A stretch of 63,833 bases of DNA, counting the filler, from Trichomonas gallinae (taxonomy: Eukaryota), in NCBI GenBank assembly GCA_008369845.1. It is 7 parts of 7 records of this genome, joined end to end, with 100 filler letters (N's around TTAATTAATTAA, not from the genome) between each part and the next. Parts side by side here need not be neighbours in the genome. Positions count along the whole stretch, not along the records: positions 50,414 to 61,748 come from MRSU01000714.1; positions 61,849 to 63,833 come from MRSU01000718.1; 5 more parts are not named here. One strand, given 5' to 3'. A program made the translations under genes and the position numbers. Under the pieces are notes generated by a model. That model was not told the DNA's origin. It searched no databases and saw only the letters and a program-made list of their open reading frames with translations. The stretch's first letter is position 1; each line of letters begins with the position of its first letter. Positions 51,833 to 62,519 of the stretch are shown here, one piece after another.

Positions 51833-52360
51833 ATGTTTCCTGGTGGATTTGGTGGACCTGGAGGAGGTTTTGGGGGTGATAGATTTGGCAGGGGTGGATT
51901 CCCTCCACGTGGTGGAATGGGAGGATTCTACGGAGACGATGATAGACTCCCTGGAGGCATAAGACAACCATTTGGCGGAAACCCACCGATGGGCCCAAAT
52001 GGAATTGATCCAATGGGACCTCCTGGATATGTAGATATCGATTTAGTGGGTCCAACGAACCCAGATGAGCCTCCGATATTTGGTATGCCAGATATCCCAG
52101 AATTTCGCGTAAAAAGGCCACGCCCTGACCCAGATCTTCCCCCTCAACAGAACCCACTGAGTAATTTTGCTCCTCCTGGCACGATGCCGGCTGTTGGAAG
52201 CCCAAATGCTCCAAATCTTGGTGTTGACGGCAAAGGAAGCCTAGTAGTCTCAGAGCCAAAGATTCCTAAGCCAGTTGCACGCGGAGATTACGATCAAATG
52301 CGACAAATGGGATTAATCAAAGAGCAAGATGATGGTTTTAACCCGAACTTGTATCTTTAA
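51833..52360 (+). CDS. Gly/Pro-rich disordered protein, PI31 (PSMF1) C-terminal-like
   Basis: RGG N-terminus, LPGG..PP....IDPMGP, GPTNPDEPP, terminal LYL; AAAGTGAC at 51810-51817 upstream. Confidence 0.5.
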   Translation: MFPGGFGGPGGGFGGDRFGRGGFPPRGGMGGFYGDDDRLPGGIRQPFGGNPPMGPNGIDPMGPPGYVDIDLVGPTNPDEPPIFGMPDIPEFRVKRPRPDPDLPPQQNPLSNFAPPGTMPAVGSPNAPNLGVDGKGSLVVSEPKIPKPVARGDYDQMRQMGLIKEQDDGFNPNLYL

Positions 52361-52426
52361 GTTACATGTTTTCATTCACTTCGGAGTTATAAATAAATTT
52401 AAATCAATAAAATTACAAACATGTCT

Positions 52427-54424
52427 TTAATATAATAATTGCGCGAGTCTTATCCTTTCGTAGAAGTCTCGCACATTAACAACAAATATCTTCGTGGAAC
52501 AGTGACCACCAATACTCTGGTCGAACTTCGTTTTAGCTGCTTTTAGAGCTTTTGCTTGAATTTCATCACCGTATTCTAGTAATTTCATGTAAACATTCTC
52601 GTAGACGTTCGAAAACTCGGCATACTCCTGCGCAATGAATGGTATCATGTCTTCCGTGTTCGTTGGTGCGGCAAAGTCCTTCGGAGAAAGACTTATTGGC
52701 ATAATCATCGAATTGTCGTGCAAAAACTGAAGCATGTCATCCCATTTCATCGGCTGGTTTGATGATTTCTTGAGCCATTGATTATACAGCTTCGCAATTT
52801 CGGCAGAAGTGAGTATATCGTTGATATTCGAAATAAATTGTCTGAATTCTGAATAATTGTTGATTTCTTCGTATCCAACTTTCTTCCACACCTCTTTTAT
52901 GTTCTCATCGAGGCTCTGGCATTCTTCTCCGTAAATTGCTGTTAAATAATCCAAAATTCCGTCCAAATCTGTAATAGGACGGTTTCCAAAGCTGAAGGAT
53001 CCGCTTGTTGCGATCTTCGTGATTCTTTCTGAGTAAAATTTAAGGATCCTTCCCGTAACAAGTCTCTCTAAAACTTCTTTTCCTGCTGATGTCGCCGCAT
53101 TTATCGGAATTGCGCAAACTGAGCGTTCATTCATCTCTATTTCGGGGAACATTGGGCCTGGATTAGCTTTTTGAAGCATAGAAATGACGTAAAGATAGAA
53201 ATGAAGAGCATCTGGTCTCAAAGGATGATCAGAGAGGCCCAGAAATCTCTGGAGGTAAGCAAAGTGACTGGAAGGTTCGTATGTACTCGACATTAGCGTA
53301 GAAATGAAATCAAACAAAACTCTTTCGGCGATATTTCGATGACCAAAAATTTGGAGGAATGAATCATAACAGAACTCGAAGAAGTCCTTAGAACGCATTT
53401 TTGCGGGTCCTAGTGTAACCAAATTCGTCATATAATCAGCGTAAATAAAACACATCGCGGCTTTAAGCCATTTTTTATTTCTGATGTTCGGTTCAGCATC
53501 CTTTGGCAGTGAAATGAAGAATTTGCTGTAGTAAACGCGGAAATTTTTCTTTGATGATTGAATTGTATTTAAATAGTTTTCTAATGACTTAAGAGTTTGA
53601 TCCATGTATTCGTAGGACGGCCTGTTTTGATCTGAAAGGTGAATTTGGAGTTCTCGTAATTGCGAATTTATATCGTTTAATGTATAAACGTAATTATTGT
53701 TTTTTGATGAAGAACTGTTTTGGTCATAAAATTTGATGCCTAATTTTTGTTTTATCTCGTTTAACTCTTGAGTTAATTGCGTTCTTTCATGAATTTGAAC
53801 ATCGATCTTTTCCTGAAGTGTATCGAACTTCGAAACATCACGAGCAGCATTATCCTTCGAGCGCTGTTTCTCTTCGTTATATGCCTCTTCGATAGTTTTG
53901 AGTCTGGAAGCAGTAAATTCTAAATCAGTTTTTAAGAACTGAACTCTGTCTTTATGGCAATTTAAGATGTACTCACGTTCTTTCTTGTGTAATTCGATCA
54001 TCTTGGAGAACAAATCTTGGTTCCTTTTCCATATAACAGCAAATAATCTTCCGCGTTCAGCACAACAAACGGAAACTTGCCTGACTAACTCATTGAAAGC
54101 GACTGAGTACCAGTGCTGAGCGTTAGTAACGACGTCAATTGGGTTGTCAGTCTGTTCTAAGTTTTCAGCTAAAACTGAATTCAGCCATTCTCCAAGTAAT
54201 TCGACTTCTCTCTTCGAAGTTGTGCTGCCTGAGTGGAAGTGCTTCGACCTCCACATCTTTAACTTCAAAGGCTCAGCAGCTGTCGTAGGTCGTTTATTTA
54301 TCGTCAGGAAGTCGGTATTACCTGATTCTTTTTTTCGCGGTGACTTCGTCTGGAGACGCATGACTTGTGCGGTCTGAGGACGACTGGTTTCTTTCCTATC
54401 AACTCGTTTAACTTTGGACGTCAT
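52427..54424 (-). CDS. Axonemal dynein light chain (p28-type) domain protein with long C-terminal extension
   Basis: KREVELLGEWL and YSVAFNELVRQVSVCCAERGRLF match the p28/DNALI1 core; ATG at 54424. Confidence 0.75.
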   Translation of the reverse strand: MTSKVKRVDRKETSRPQTAQVMRLQTKSPRKKESGNTDFLTINKRPTTAAEPLKLKMWRSKHFHSGSTTSKREVELLGEWLNSVLAENLEQTDNPIDVVTNAQHWYSVAFNELVRQVSVCCAERGRLFAVIWKRNQDLFSKMIELHKKEREYILNCHKDRVQFLKTDLEFTASRLKTIEEAYNEEKQRSKDNAARDVSKFDTLQEKIDVQIHERTQLTQELNEIKQKLGIKFYDQNSSSSKNNNYVYTLNDINSQLRELQIHLSDQNRPSYEYMDQTLKSLENYLNTIQSSKKNFRVYYSKFFISLPKDAEPNIRNKKWLKAAMCFIYADYMTNLVTLGPAKMRSKDFFEFCYDSFLQIFGHRNIAERVLFDFISTLMSSTYEPSSHFAYLQRFLGLSDHPLRPDALHFYLYVISMLQKANPGPMFPEIEMNERSVCAIPINAATSAGKEVLERLVTGRILKFYSERITKIATSGSFSFGNRPITDLDGILDYLTAIYGEECQSLDENIKEVWKKVGYEEINNYSEFRQFISNINDILTSAEIAKLYNQWLKKSSNQPMKWDDMLQFLHDNSMIMPISLSPKDFAAPTNTEDMIPFIAQEYAEFSNVYENVYMKLLEYGDEIQAKALKAAKTKFDQSIGGHCSTKIFVVNVRDFYERIRLAQLLY

Positions 54425-54675
54425 GGAAAAAATAACGGAGAAAAAAAATTTTATTATAAAATTGAATTTTAAAGATGCCAATTACCTTTTTAGACAAATA
54501 ATAATGATTTTCATCAAAAAAATTGTTTTTGTTTCCAAATCTCGAAAATTTTCAAGTATAATTATAAATTTTGACAACATAAATTGATTTATTAACTAAA
54601 ATATTATATATTTATTGATTTAATTATTAATTAAAATGCTTTTTTACGTCTAAAATCTAAAAATAAGAAAAAATT

Positions 54676-55509
54676 ATGATTTTTTCAGAAATGTTAAATT
54701 TTTTAAAAAATTTGATGCATGATTTTGTAGTTTTTTCAAGAGAAAAAATCATTTCATGTTTAATCAAGGATGATTCTTCAGTGCTGCATGAGATATCCAA
54801 GGCGTTCAGCGTTAACTATTCGCAAGAAAATCTAGGAAATCCAAATTTTATTTCATATTGCGAGAATCAGATAAGAAAACTACTAGAATCATACGATAAA
54901 TTAACAGAACACAAACAATATAAAGCAAATGCTACGCAAATATTACATTTAGTTATCGATCTAACCAAAAAATTATCCGAAAATGAAATATTTCTTTTAT
55001 ATCTTGCTGAAGCTTTCTTCAAGTTTGGACAATTTGAAATGAGTATAAATCAGCCGGGTTTAGCAATAGATTATTTTCTTGCTGCATCAAATCTTTATCA
55101 ATCGTTTTCGTTACACTCAGAATTTGCTATATGCTACTCAAATATCTCATACATTCACTATAAAGGCAATAGACTTAAAAATGCTTTAGATTTCGCGATT
55201 CCAGCTCAACAGAAACTTCAACAAACAAAATATCCAAAAGAATACGCTCATTTGTGCAATTTACTCAGCTTGATTTACATCAAACTTGAAGAAAAAGAAT
55301 TAGCAATAAAATGCATGCAAGATTCATGCAGATCCCAAATTCCTGTAATTCCAAAGCAATTTCGCGTAGAAACTTTCAATATCAGACCGGTTACACCTCC
55401 AACAAGAAATCCTCGACTTTCAAAATTAAGATCACAAGAAAATCTTATTAACAACAACATGAACATCATTAGACAAGACATTAACGAACTTTTACAAATG
55501 TGTGCATAG
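54676..55509 (+). CDS. TPR-like repeat protein
   Basis: AEAFFKFG...AIDYFLAA, AICYSNISYIHY...ALDF, AHLCNLLSLIY...AIKC. Confidence 0.6.
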   Translation: MIFSEMLNFLKNLMHDFVVFSREKIISCLIKDDSSVLHEISKAFSVNYSQENLGNPNFISYCENQIRKLLESYDKLTEHKQYKANATQILHLVIDLTKKLSENEIFLLYLAEAFFKFGQFEMSINQPGLAIDYFLAASNLYQSFSLHSEFAICYSNISYIHYKGNRLKNALDFAIPAQQKLQQTKYPKEYAHLCNLLSLIYIKLEEKELAIKCMQDSCRSQIPVIPKQFRVETFNIRPVTPPTRNPRLSKLRSQENLINNNMNIIRQDINELLQMCA

Positions 55510-56395
55510 AAAAATGCTTTGATAATTTCATTTTATCTGTTTTTTTGTACAATCTCTATTGCTAATCAATAATACTATACATGTTAATAACTTACTAATG
55601 TTGCTTTTTTGATATAGACAACAAGATAAGTTATGCATATAGTTTTACATGACGGATTGTCATATTTAGTAGAAATTTGTATGATTTACATGTCAGTTTT
55701 TGTCAACATTTTACGAAAACTCGATAAAAAGAGAGAGAAAAAGAATGAACTTCAGTTATACAGGAAAAAGTAAAACTATGTATGCCTATATTACGCCATT
55801 TTAATAACTAACGAAAATGGGAATTTCAGGAATTTGTTTTAATTATAGAGAAAAGGAATTAATAGAAACACAAGAAAATGATAATGAAGCATTAGAAAAA
55901 CTAAAGAAGATCGAACAAATCTAGAATTTAGAGAATTTAAATAATATGAGCAATAATCAAAGTGACTCCAACTTGAAACGGGTCAATCTTATTGAAGCTG
56001 AATGGAGTGTCTGCTTGTTAGGACTGTTTTATAGCAATATTCAATGTAATCAATTATTAACTTAACAATATGCTGTTATTGATTGTATTAAATTAGACTA
56101 TTCTTAAATAGCTTATATTTAGTATTTCTCATTAAATAAAAGAAAAAAATTTATATCAGCAAAAAATATGAGAAATTTTCATGAATCATTGATGCTATTA
56201 AGGTACACTACTACTAAATATCATAGATTTAGTCTTAAATTGCTCAAACATGCAAAAAGAGTTTTGTCATTTTTAGAACAAAGTCATTTAAGCAGATTTC
56301 CTTAGCGACCTGATGTCTAAATGGCAGAATCTAGAAACATAGCTTATATTTTTACGAATATATAAAAAAATATAATTTTCAATCACAATTAAAAG

Positions 56396-57094
56396 TTAAA
56401 TAGCCTCTGTGCCGTTGCCATCAGTGCCTCCCTGGTTGGTGAAGGCGCCTTCAACAGATTGTTGGATTGCTCCTGGTTTAACAATTTCAACGATAATTAC
56501 TGCGATAACGGCAATGGCTACAATGATGGCGAGAACGCGGATGCATTTGTCTGTTGCAAGGCGTCCGAACATCTGTTTAAGAACTACTTTTGCTCTGTCA
56601 AGCTCGCTGTCCATCGTATCAAGATTTTGGCTTGCTTTCTGCATCTGCTCCTGCTGGCGTTTGATTTCAATAGTTGTATCGTTACCGATTTGTTTCATAG
56701 CTTCTACTTGCGCGAGAGAATTATTCAAAGAGTTTTTCTGAATGTTTTGGAGCTTGAGGGCATCACCCATAAGTTCCTGTGCATTCTTGGTGTTATTTTC
56801 CTCAGCTCCTCTCTGAGCAATGGCGAGTTGATCTTCTAACTGCTGAATTGACTCTGAATGGTATTTAAGCTTCTCCTCGTACATATCTCTCTCTTCACCT
56901 GGCTGCATTTCGTTGATTTCGCAGTCCATGAAGTCTCTGTCTTGCTTCAAAGCAGTGATTTTTTCATTGATTTCTCTGATTAATTTTCTTTTCTGGCTTG
57001 GTTCGGTCTCAGGGATGCGTGCGATGGCCTCGCCAACATCCTGCTCCAACCTGGTGCAGTTTTCAATACTTTCTTCAATGTTTTCATTCACCAT
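56396..57094 (-). CDS. Qb-SNARE, NPSN-like
   Basis: Habc-like helices, SNARE motif (IKRQQEQM...LDRAK), GRLATDKCI before the TM helix, IVKP after it; ATG at 57094. Confidence 0.8.
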   Translation of the reverse strand: MVNENIEESIENCTRLEQDVGEAIARIPETEPSQKRKLIREINEKITALKQDRDFMDCEINEMQPGEERDMYEEKLKYHSESIQQLEDQLAIAQRGAEENNTKNAQELMGDALKLQNIQKNSLNNSLAQVEAMKQIGNDTTIEIKRQQEQMQKASQNLDTMDSELDRAKVVLKQMFGRLATDKCIRVLAIIVAIAVIAVIIVEIVKPGAIQQSVEGAFTNQGGTDGNGTEAI

Positions 57095-57920
57095 TTTTTT
57101 TTGACGATAAAAAAAAATTTTTTTTGTGCAAAACTTTTTCAAAAGGGAAGAAAATTTAGTCACCGGACAGTGATTTTTGGACTCCCTATCATATAACAAT
57201 GCGTTATTTATCAATAAAAAGCGAAAATATTGGTTTTTTTGTCGCAATTTTTCGAAACAAATATTTTTAATGATATTCTCATTTATAATAACCTGTAATG
57301 GTCACCTTTTCAAATATAATTAACTCAAAATTCATAAAATTAACAATATTTTTTTTTAAAAAAATGAGAGTCATAAAACAAAAATTTACCATCATAAATT
57401 CTCTAAAATGAGATTGAAAAAAGATGAAGACAGTAAATATACATTAATGATTAGTCATCTTATATTGATAATTCTTCTGTTAAGCATCGTTTTTTTTTGA
57501 GAATTATATTTTAATTTTGAAAATAATATGTGTGACTTCATGAGCCGCGATGATACACGACATCATCTACATAATCAGAGAGAACCATATATCATTGCCA
57601 AATAATTTATTGGCTGATTTTATCACCAATATAATCTTTATATCGTAGAAATACATATAGGTATCTCAGTATGGTTCGAAAATTTAGAGTTTTAGATCTC
57701 TAGAAAGTTGCAGTTCCCTCCTAATGGAGACGGCCAAAATTAAAAGTATCACAAGTACATGTTGCTTACAGACTTTCAGGAAAATCTGAAAAAAAAAGTT
57801 TTCGAGATCCAAATATGATGGTTAACATTAAGACATCTGTTATTTCTAATGCCGATAAATCAAATATGTGTTGTTTATGTATATTAATAATAAAACATTA
57901 CCGTTTACAAATAAAAATAA

Positions 57921-59690
57921 TCATCTACTATTAATATTTCTTCTGATTTGCTCGATCTTATCTCTGATCTGCTTCTCATTCATCGTTGGGCCAGCGTTGA
58001 CGACGTGCTGGATCTGGGGGATCACGCAGAAGTTGTAAGCAATGTTCTGGAAGCGATACAAGACCATTGTCTTCTCGGAAATTCCGCGTCTTTTCTCCCA
58101 GTTGATCAAGCTGTCCTTGAAGCTCGGGCTCTTATCTATCGGCACTGAGACAAGCTCCACCTTCAAGTTGGGGATAGTAGGATACCAACCTTCGTACTGC
58201 CTCTTGATATTAGAGTGATAATCAGCGACTTTTGATGAATTTTCACCGCAAACGTCACATAACTCATCCCTTCTCTTGGAAAGTTCTTTGTCTGGTGCTA
58301 TAAATAGCATATTTATCTCTGGGTCCTTCAGTGCGCGCATGATGCAGGCGACTGCGTCGTAATTTGCTAATGTTGTATTCAGATAATAAGCGATATCAAG
58401 GAATTTGGAGATTGCTCCTACATGGTCATTGTTGGGAGCGTTGACTATTGTATCCAAAACTAAAACAGTCAATCTGTCTCCGAATTCGAAAAATTCAGCC
58501 AATGTTGGAGTCTGATGAGAAATCTTTTGTTCTGATAATGCAACGACGAATTCGCGGGAGTGCACAGCTTTGAAGGCAGCATGGAAAAGTAAAGTGATTT
58601 GTCTTGCAACTTCTTGTGGATTTGGTTCTGTGAGCTTCAGCGTTGGTTTAAAGATGATTTGAGCGTTGTCGATGATCGGTGGCTCACTTGGTGCTGGCAA
58701 AACTCCTTGCTTTTTGCCATATGATAAATTCGGAAGTTGGGCAAGGATAGGCTTAGCATATCTTTGTATGTTCTGCATGTTTTCCTGGTCATCTTCGATT
58801 CTGCGCAAGAAGTGACCAATAGATTTGAGCGTTTTCGTTCCAATGAATAATCCGTGGAAAGATATCCATTTTTTAATGAGATTGATAACAGCGACGCGAA
58901 GTTGAGGCTGAAGTTCGAGAATTTGAAGCTTTTGCTCTTCTGTATCTGGTTCTAAAAGATGACAATCGAATAAGGCGCAAAGATGCTGGAAAAAGTGGTA
59001 TGACGATGTAATTGAATGAAGTGTGAGGAAGAATTTATAGATTTCATCGTCTGGAAGCTGAGCTGAAGGTGATGTTGCGAATAAAACAACGAATCTCTTC
59101 ATTGTTGCTGCTTTTAGATTTGTAAATACATGGCTGGATCCTTCTTGGTACTGAACATTTAGCTCTGGGTTCAATAATTCTTGCCAAATCATTTTTGGAT
59201 CCTCTCTGTAAGGAGATGCGAAGAAATCTTCCTCAAGGGACTCTTCTACGAACTGATGGTGAGGGTCTGGAGCGATTTCCCATGGGTCTTCTCTCGGAAG
59301 AACACCTAATGAAACTAATAAAAGCAAGTCTGTTTTATCCCACGGCTGGTCCATTCTCTGAAACTCATGACCGCACTCGCTTTGAAGCATTTCTGCTGTT
59401 CTGTTCATTCCTATTGCGTTTAGATGCTGATATACGAGTTCTAAAATAACGTGGCGATTGACGTGCTGAAGAACAGCCGTTGTATCCGTGTGTACTACAT
59501 TCGAAAAAGAGTATCCACCGGTCCACGGAAGAACTCTCTCACGTAAAGCAAGTAATTGAGGATTTTCACTTAATAATTTCGAAAGCCACTGGCTTCTCTG
59601 TTCATTTATGTCTTCCACTGGTTGTTGTTGATTGCTTAATGATCGTGGAGAAACATTTGAGCTGTAAGGCGAAGAAGAAATCGATGACAA
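57921..59690 (-). CDS. LisH-REM-CDC25 RasGEF; start unresolved
   Basis: LisH-like ILELVYQHLNAIGMNRTAEMLQSE, LKAATMKRFV, RVAVINLIKKWI, PQEVARQITL, PTIP, LINWEKRR. Confidence 0.85.
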   Translation of the reverse strand: MSSISSSPYSSNVSPRSLSNQQQPVEDINEQRSQWLSKLLSENPQLLALRERVLPWTGGYSFSNVVHTDTTAVLQHVNRHVILELVYQHLNAIGMNRTAEMLQSECGHEFQRMDQPWDKTDLLLLVSLGVLPREDPWEIAPDPHHQFVEESLEEDFFASPYREDPKMIWQELLNPELNVQYQEGSSHVFTNLKAATMKRFVVLFATSPSAQLPDDEIYKFFLTLHSITSSYHFFQHLCALFDCHLLEPDTEEQKLQILELQPQLRVAVINLIKKWISFHGLFIGTKTLKSIGHFLRRIEDDQENMQNIQRYAKPILAQLPNLSYGKKQGVLPAPSEPPIIDNAQIIFKPTLKLTEPNPQEVARQITLLFHAAFKAVHSREFVVALSEQKISHQTPTLAEFFEFGDRLTVLVLDTIVNAPNNDHVGAISKFLDIAYYLNTTLANYDAVACIMRALKDPEINMLFIAPDKELSKRRDELCDVCGENSSKVADYHSNIKRQYEGWYPTIPNLKVELVSVPIDKSPSFKDSLINWEKRRGISEKTMVLYRFQNIAYNFCVIPQIQHVVNAGPTMNEKQIRDKIEQIRRNINSR

Positions 59691-59927
59691 CTCAATGCTG
59701 TCACTTTTTGGATTTATTTTCCTGCATATTTGGATATAACATAGTATATCATCTAATGAATTTTAAATTTCACAACAAAAACTCTTTTTTCTCAATAATA
59801 TGAACGATATAAGTCATAATTTAACATTAATTTATCATTATATAAATCTATTCTACCATTTTACTTCATCAATTTTATTTTATTTATGAAAATATTTTTC
59901 AAATTCAAAATTTGATGTTTTGATCGC

Positions 59928-60181
59928 TTACAAGCATGTCAATATGCAAACATATTCCTAATATATAATATATTCATTGCTTTTTCTATAATTTATATTA
60001 TTATATTTTATTCTGAATTAATAATTTGCTTTGATAACTTACAAGCATGTAAACATGCTATCTTATACAAAGTATATAATATATTCATTGCTTTTGTCTT
60101 GATTTAATCAATATTATATTTGTGTTATAAAGATTATATTATATTTAATTCTGATTTAATAATTTGTGTTATAAAGATTAT
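59928..60181. repeat. ~110-bp diverged duplication plus a short nested duplication
   Basis: CTTACAAGCATGT and TATATAATATATTCATTGCTTTT each occur twice; ATTTGTGTTATAAAGATTATAT occurs twice. Confidence 0.75.
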
Positions 60182-60406
60182 ATCAAAAATTCCTATTATA
60201 TAAAACATTTAGAATTCAAAACATAGCTTAACTTGGTATATATTGATGTTAAAAAGAAATTTGAATCTAAATTTAAAATTCAAAGTCAATAACAGGCTCA
60301 ATATGTTGAGATTTGACCTCAGTTTATGTTTTTCAAATGGTTTTTGATTGTTTTCAAACAAATTTTTAATGAGATTAAAAAAATAAAAGACATCTATTTA
60401 CAAAAA

Positions 60407-60850
60407 TCAGTTTGGACGTACACGGTGCGCGAAAGAAACATAATCAACAAGTCCATCATCTCTAACTTGTAATTCCGCTTTCATTGCTTCTTTTTGAACA
60501 GTTGTAAGCAAAATTCCCTGGCTTTGGAGAATCTGGACGGCTACATCGAATGATATGTATCCAGTTTTAGATTTATCGAAGAATTGAAAAGCTCTGATTA
60601 ATTCGTTAGAATTGCTAACAGCGCGCATATACATATAAACAGTCATAACGAAGTCCTCGAATGTTACTTCCTCGTAGCAGCACATCTGTTCGATTTCATC
60701 TTCTGTTGGTGCTGGAATTAATCTGAGAGATTTGATTGTAGACTTCATCTTTTCCTTTGTAAGCGTCCCACTGACTTTTCTGGCGCGAAGATCGAAAGCT
60801 TTTCTAAGAGTTTTGATCTGGCGCTTATTGAATAATGTTCCGTCACTCAT
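60407..60850 (-). CDS. Calmodulin/centrin-like EF-hand protein with degenerate loops
   Basis: QIKTLRKAFDL, PTEDEIEQM, ELIRAFQFFDKSKTGYIS, DGLVDYVSF; ATG at 60850. Confidence 0.8.
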   Translation of the reverse strand: MSDGTLFNKRQIKTLRKAFDLRARKVSGTLTKEKMKSTIKSLRLIPAPTEDEIEQMCCYEEVTFEDFVMTVYMYMRAVSNSNELIRAFQFFDKSKTGYISFDVAVQILQSQGILLTTVQKEAMKAELQVRDDGLVDYVSFAHRVRPN

Positions 60851-61199
60851 CTTTAACGCTTTAAAAAGTGACAAAATAACTTTTCAAAAGTGACAAACAT
60901 AACCTTATTTATCCTATACCAACTTCCATCCATTATTACCCAATCTCTTAATGACATAACTATTTATTTCCTCATAACAAATTATTATGCAAAATTTCTA
61001 AAGTTTTTCTCTATAATATTTGATTTTCAAATTATCAGCAATCGATTTTATTGAAATTATTATAAGAATTTTAAAATTATTTTGGTAACTATGGGGAATT
61101 CTTATGTAATAAAAATCAAAAAGCAAAAAATAGAGAAATTAAAATTTATAGATCTTTTTGTAGTATAGAAAAAATGTTTAAAGCAGATGAAAGTATTAC

Positions 61200-61748
61200 T
61201 TATTCCTGGCGGGCCTGTCCGTCACGAGCGTAGAACTCCTGGAGTGTCTTTGTATCGATACGCTTGAGTGACTCCTTTGGAAGAGTACGGAGTGTTTCCC
61301 AGGCAAGGTCGAGGGACTCGAAAACGTTACGAGCCTCGTATGGACCCTGGCGAAGGAAGCGGTTTTCGAATCTCTCAAGGAATTCGATGTGCTTCTTATC
61401 TTCATCTGTAAGTGATTCTTCACCGACGACAGCCTTCATAGCGAGGACATCCTTACCCTGAGCGTATGAGGCATACATCTGGTTGGAAACGGAGCCGTGA
61501 TCCTTGCGTGTGAAACCTTCACCGATAGCGGACTTCATAAGACGGGAAAGGGATGGAAGAAGGTTGATCGGTGGATAAATCTGCTTATTGTAAAGCTGAC
61601 GATCGACGTAAATCTGACCCTCAGTGATATAGCCTGTAAGATCTGGAATTGGATGTGTGATATCATCAGAAGGCATTGTAAGAATTGGAATCTGTGTGAT
61701 GGAGCCTGGTCTGCCCTTAACACGACCAGCACGCTCGTAGATTGTGGC
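61200..61748 (-). CDS. VMA2: V-type ATPase subunit B, 3' part (truncated by gap)
   Basis: [10 protein letters not shown]...[37 protein letters not shown]. Confidence 0.97.
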   Translation of the reverse strand, partial: ATIYERAGRVKGRPGSITQIPILTMPSDDITHPIPDLTGYITEGQIYVDRQLYNKQIYPPINLLPSLSRLMKSAIGEGFTRKDHGSVSNQMYASYAQGKDVLAMKAVVGEESLTDEDKKHIEFLERFENRFLRQGPYEARNVFESLDLAWETLRTLPKESLKRIDTKTLQEFYARDGQARQE

Positions 61749-61848
61749 NNNNNNNNNNNNNNNNNNNNNNNNNNNNNNNNNNNNNNNNNNNNTTAATTAA
61801 TTAANNNNNNNNNNNNNNNNNNNNNNNNNNNNNNNNNNNNNNNNNNNN
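61749..61848. other. Artificial contig linker
   Basis: 44N-TTAATTAATTAA-44N. Confidence 0.98.
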
Positions 61849-61890
61849 GCCGCACTGTCCAGCTTGGATGTGAACGATTTCACGAACCAT
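61849..61890 (-). CDS. TUBB: Beta-tubulin, first 14 codons (truncated; absent from ORF track)
   Basis: Reverse complement translates MVREIVHIQAGQCG; Inr TCATA just upstream. Confidence 0.93.
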
Positions 61891-62519
61891 GAGAAAATAT
61901 GAAAATAGTAACGGACAAAAATGTGACATTTCGCATACAAATTTTTCTGAGAGATTTTATTAAGGGGGAGAAATAATTAAACAAGGGATTATCAAATATC
62001 TTTATTCGTCTTCTTATAAAGGGGAAATTATTAACAATAACCCATGGACACGAGAAGAAGAGATAAAACTTCTTGATACATTGAACAATATTCGATATCA
62101 CTCTTAGACTAAAGTCGCATCAATTTTTAAATCAACGTCCAATATAGACAATAAATATCAGCTAATTGCAGAATAATATCCAGCAGATTAGCTATCATTG
62201 AACAATCTCATAACAAAAAAATACAAAAAAATTTGCTCAATTGAAAATCTCGCGTCAAAGCCTCCAAAGAAGAAAGAAGATGATAGCTCTCATGTACATA
62301 AGGTTAATTCTAACAATATTCTACAGATTACACAAATTCCATTTATATTGTACTTTATTCGTAAAGATGGAATATGACATGAACAGCATATTTAACCTCT
62401 AGAGTTAATCGTTTTCTCCAATAATATGGTTTCATTGAAGTGTCTAATAATATTATGACATGTAAAATAATTTACAAAAAAATAAAGTTTACATGACAAG
62501 ATTTTCACGTCACTTTTAT

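Noticed and set aside
51765..52259. 164-aa minus-strand ORF
   Set aside because: Antisense shadow of the GC-rich Gly/Pro gene, which has an ATG and an upstream promoter motif.
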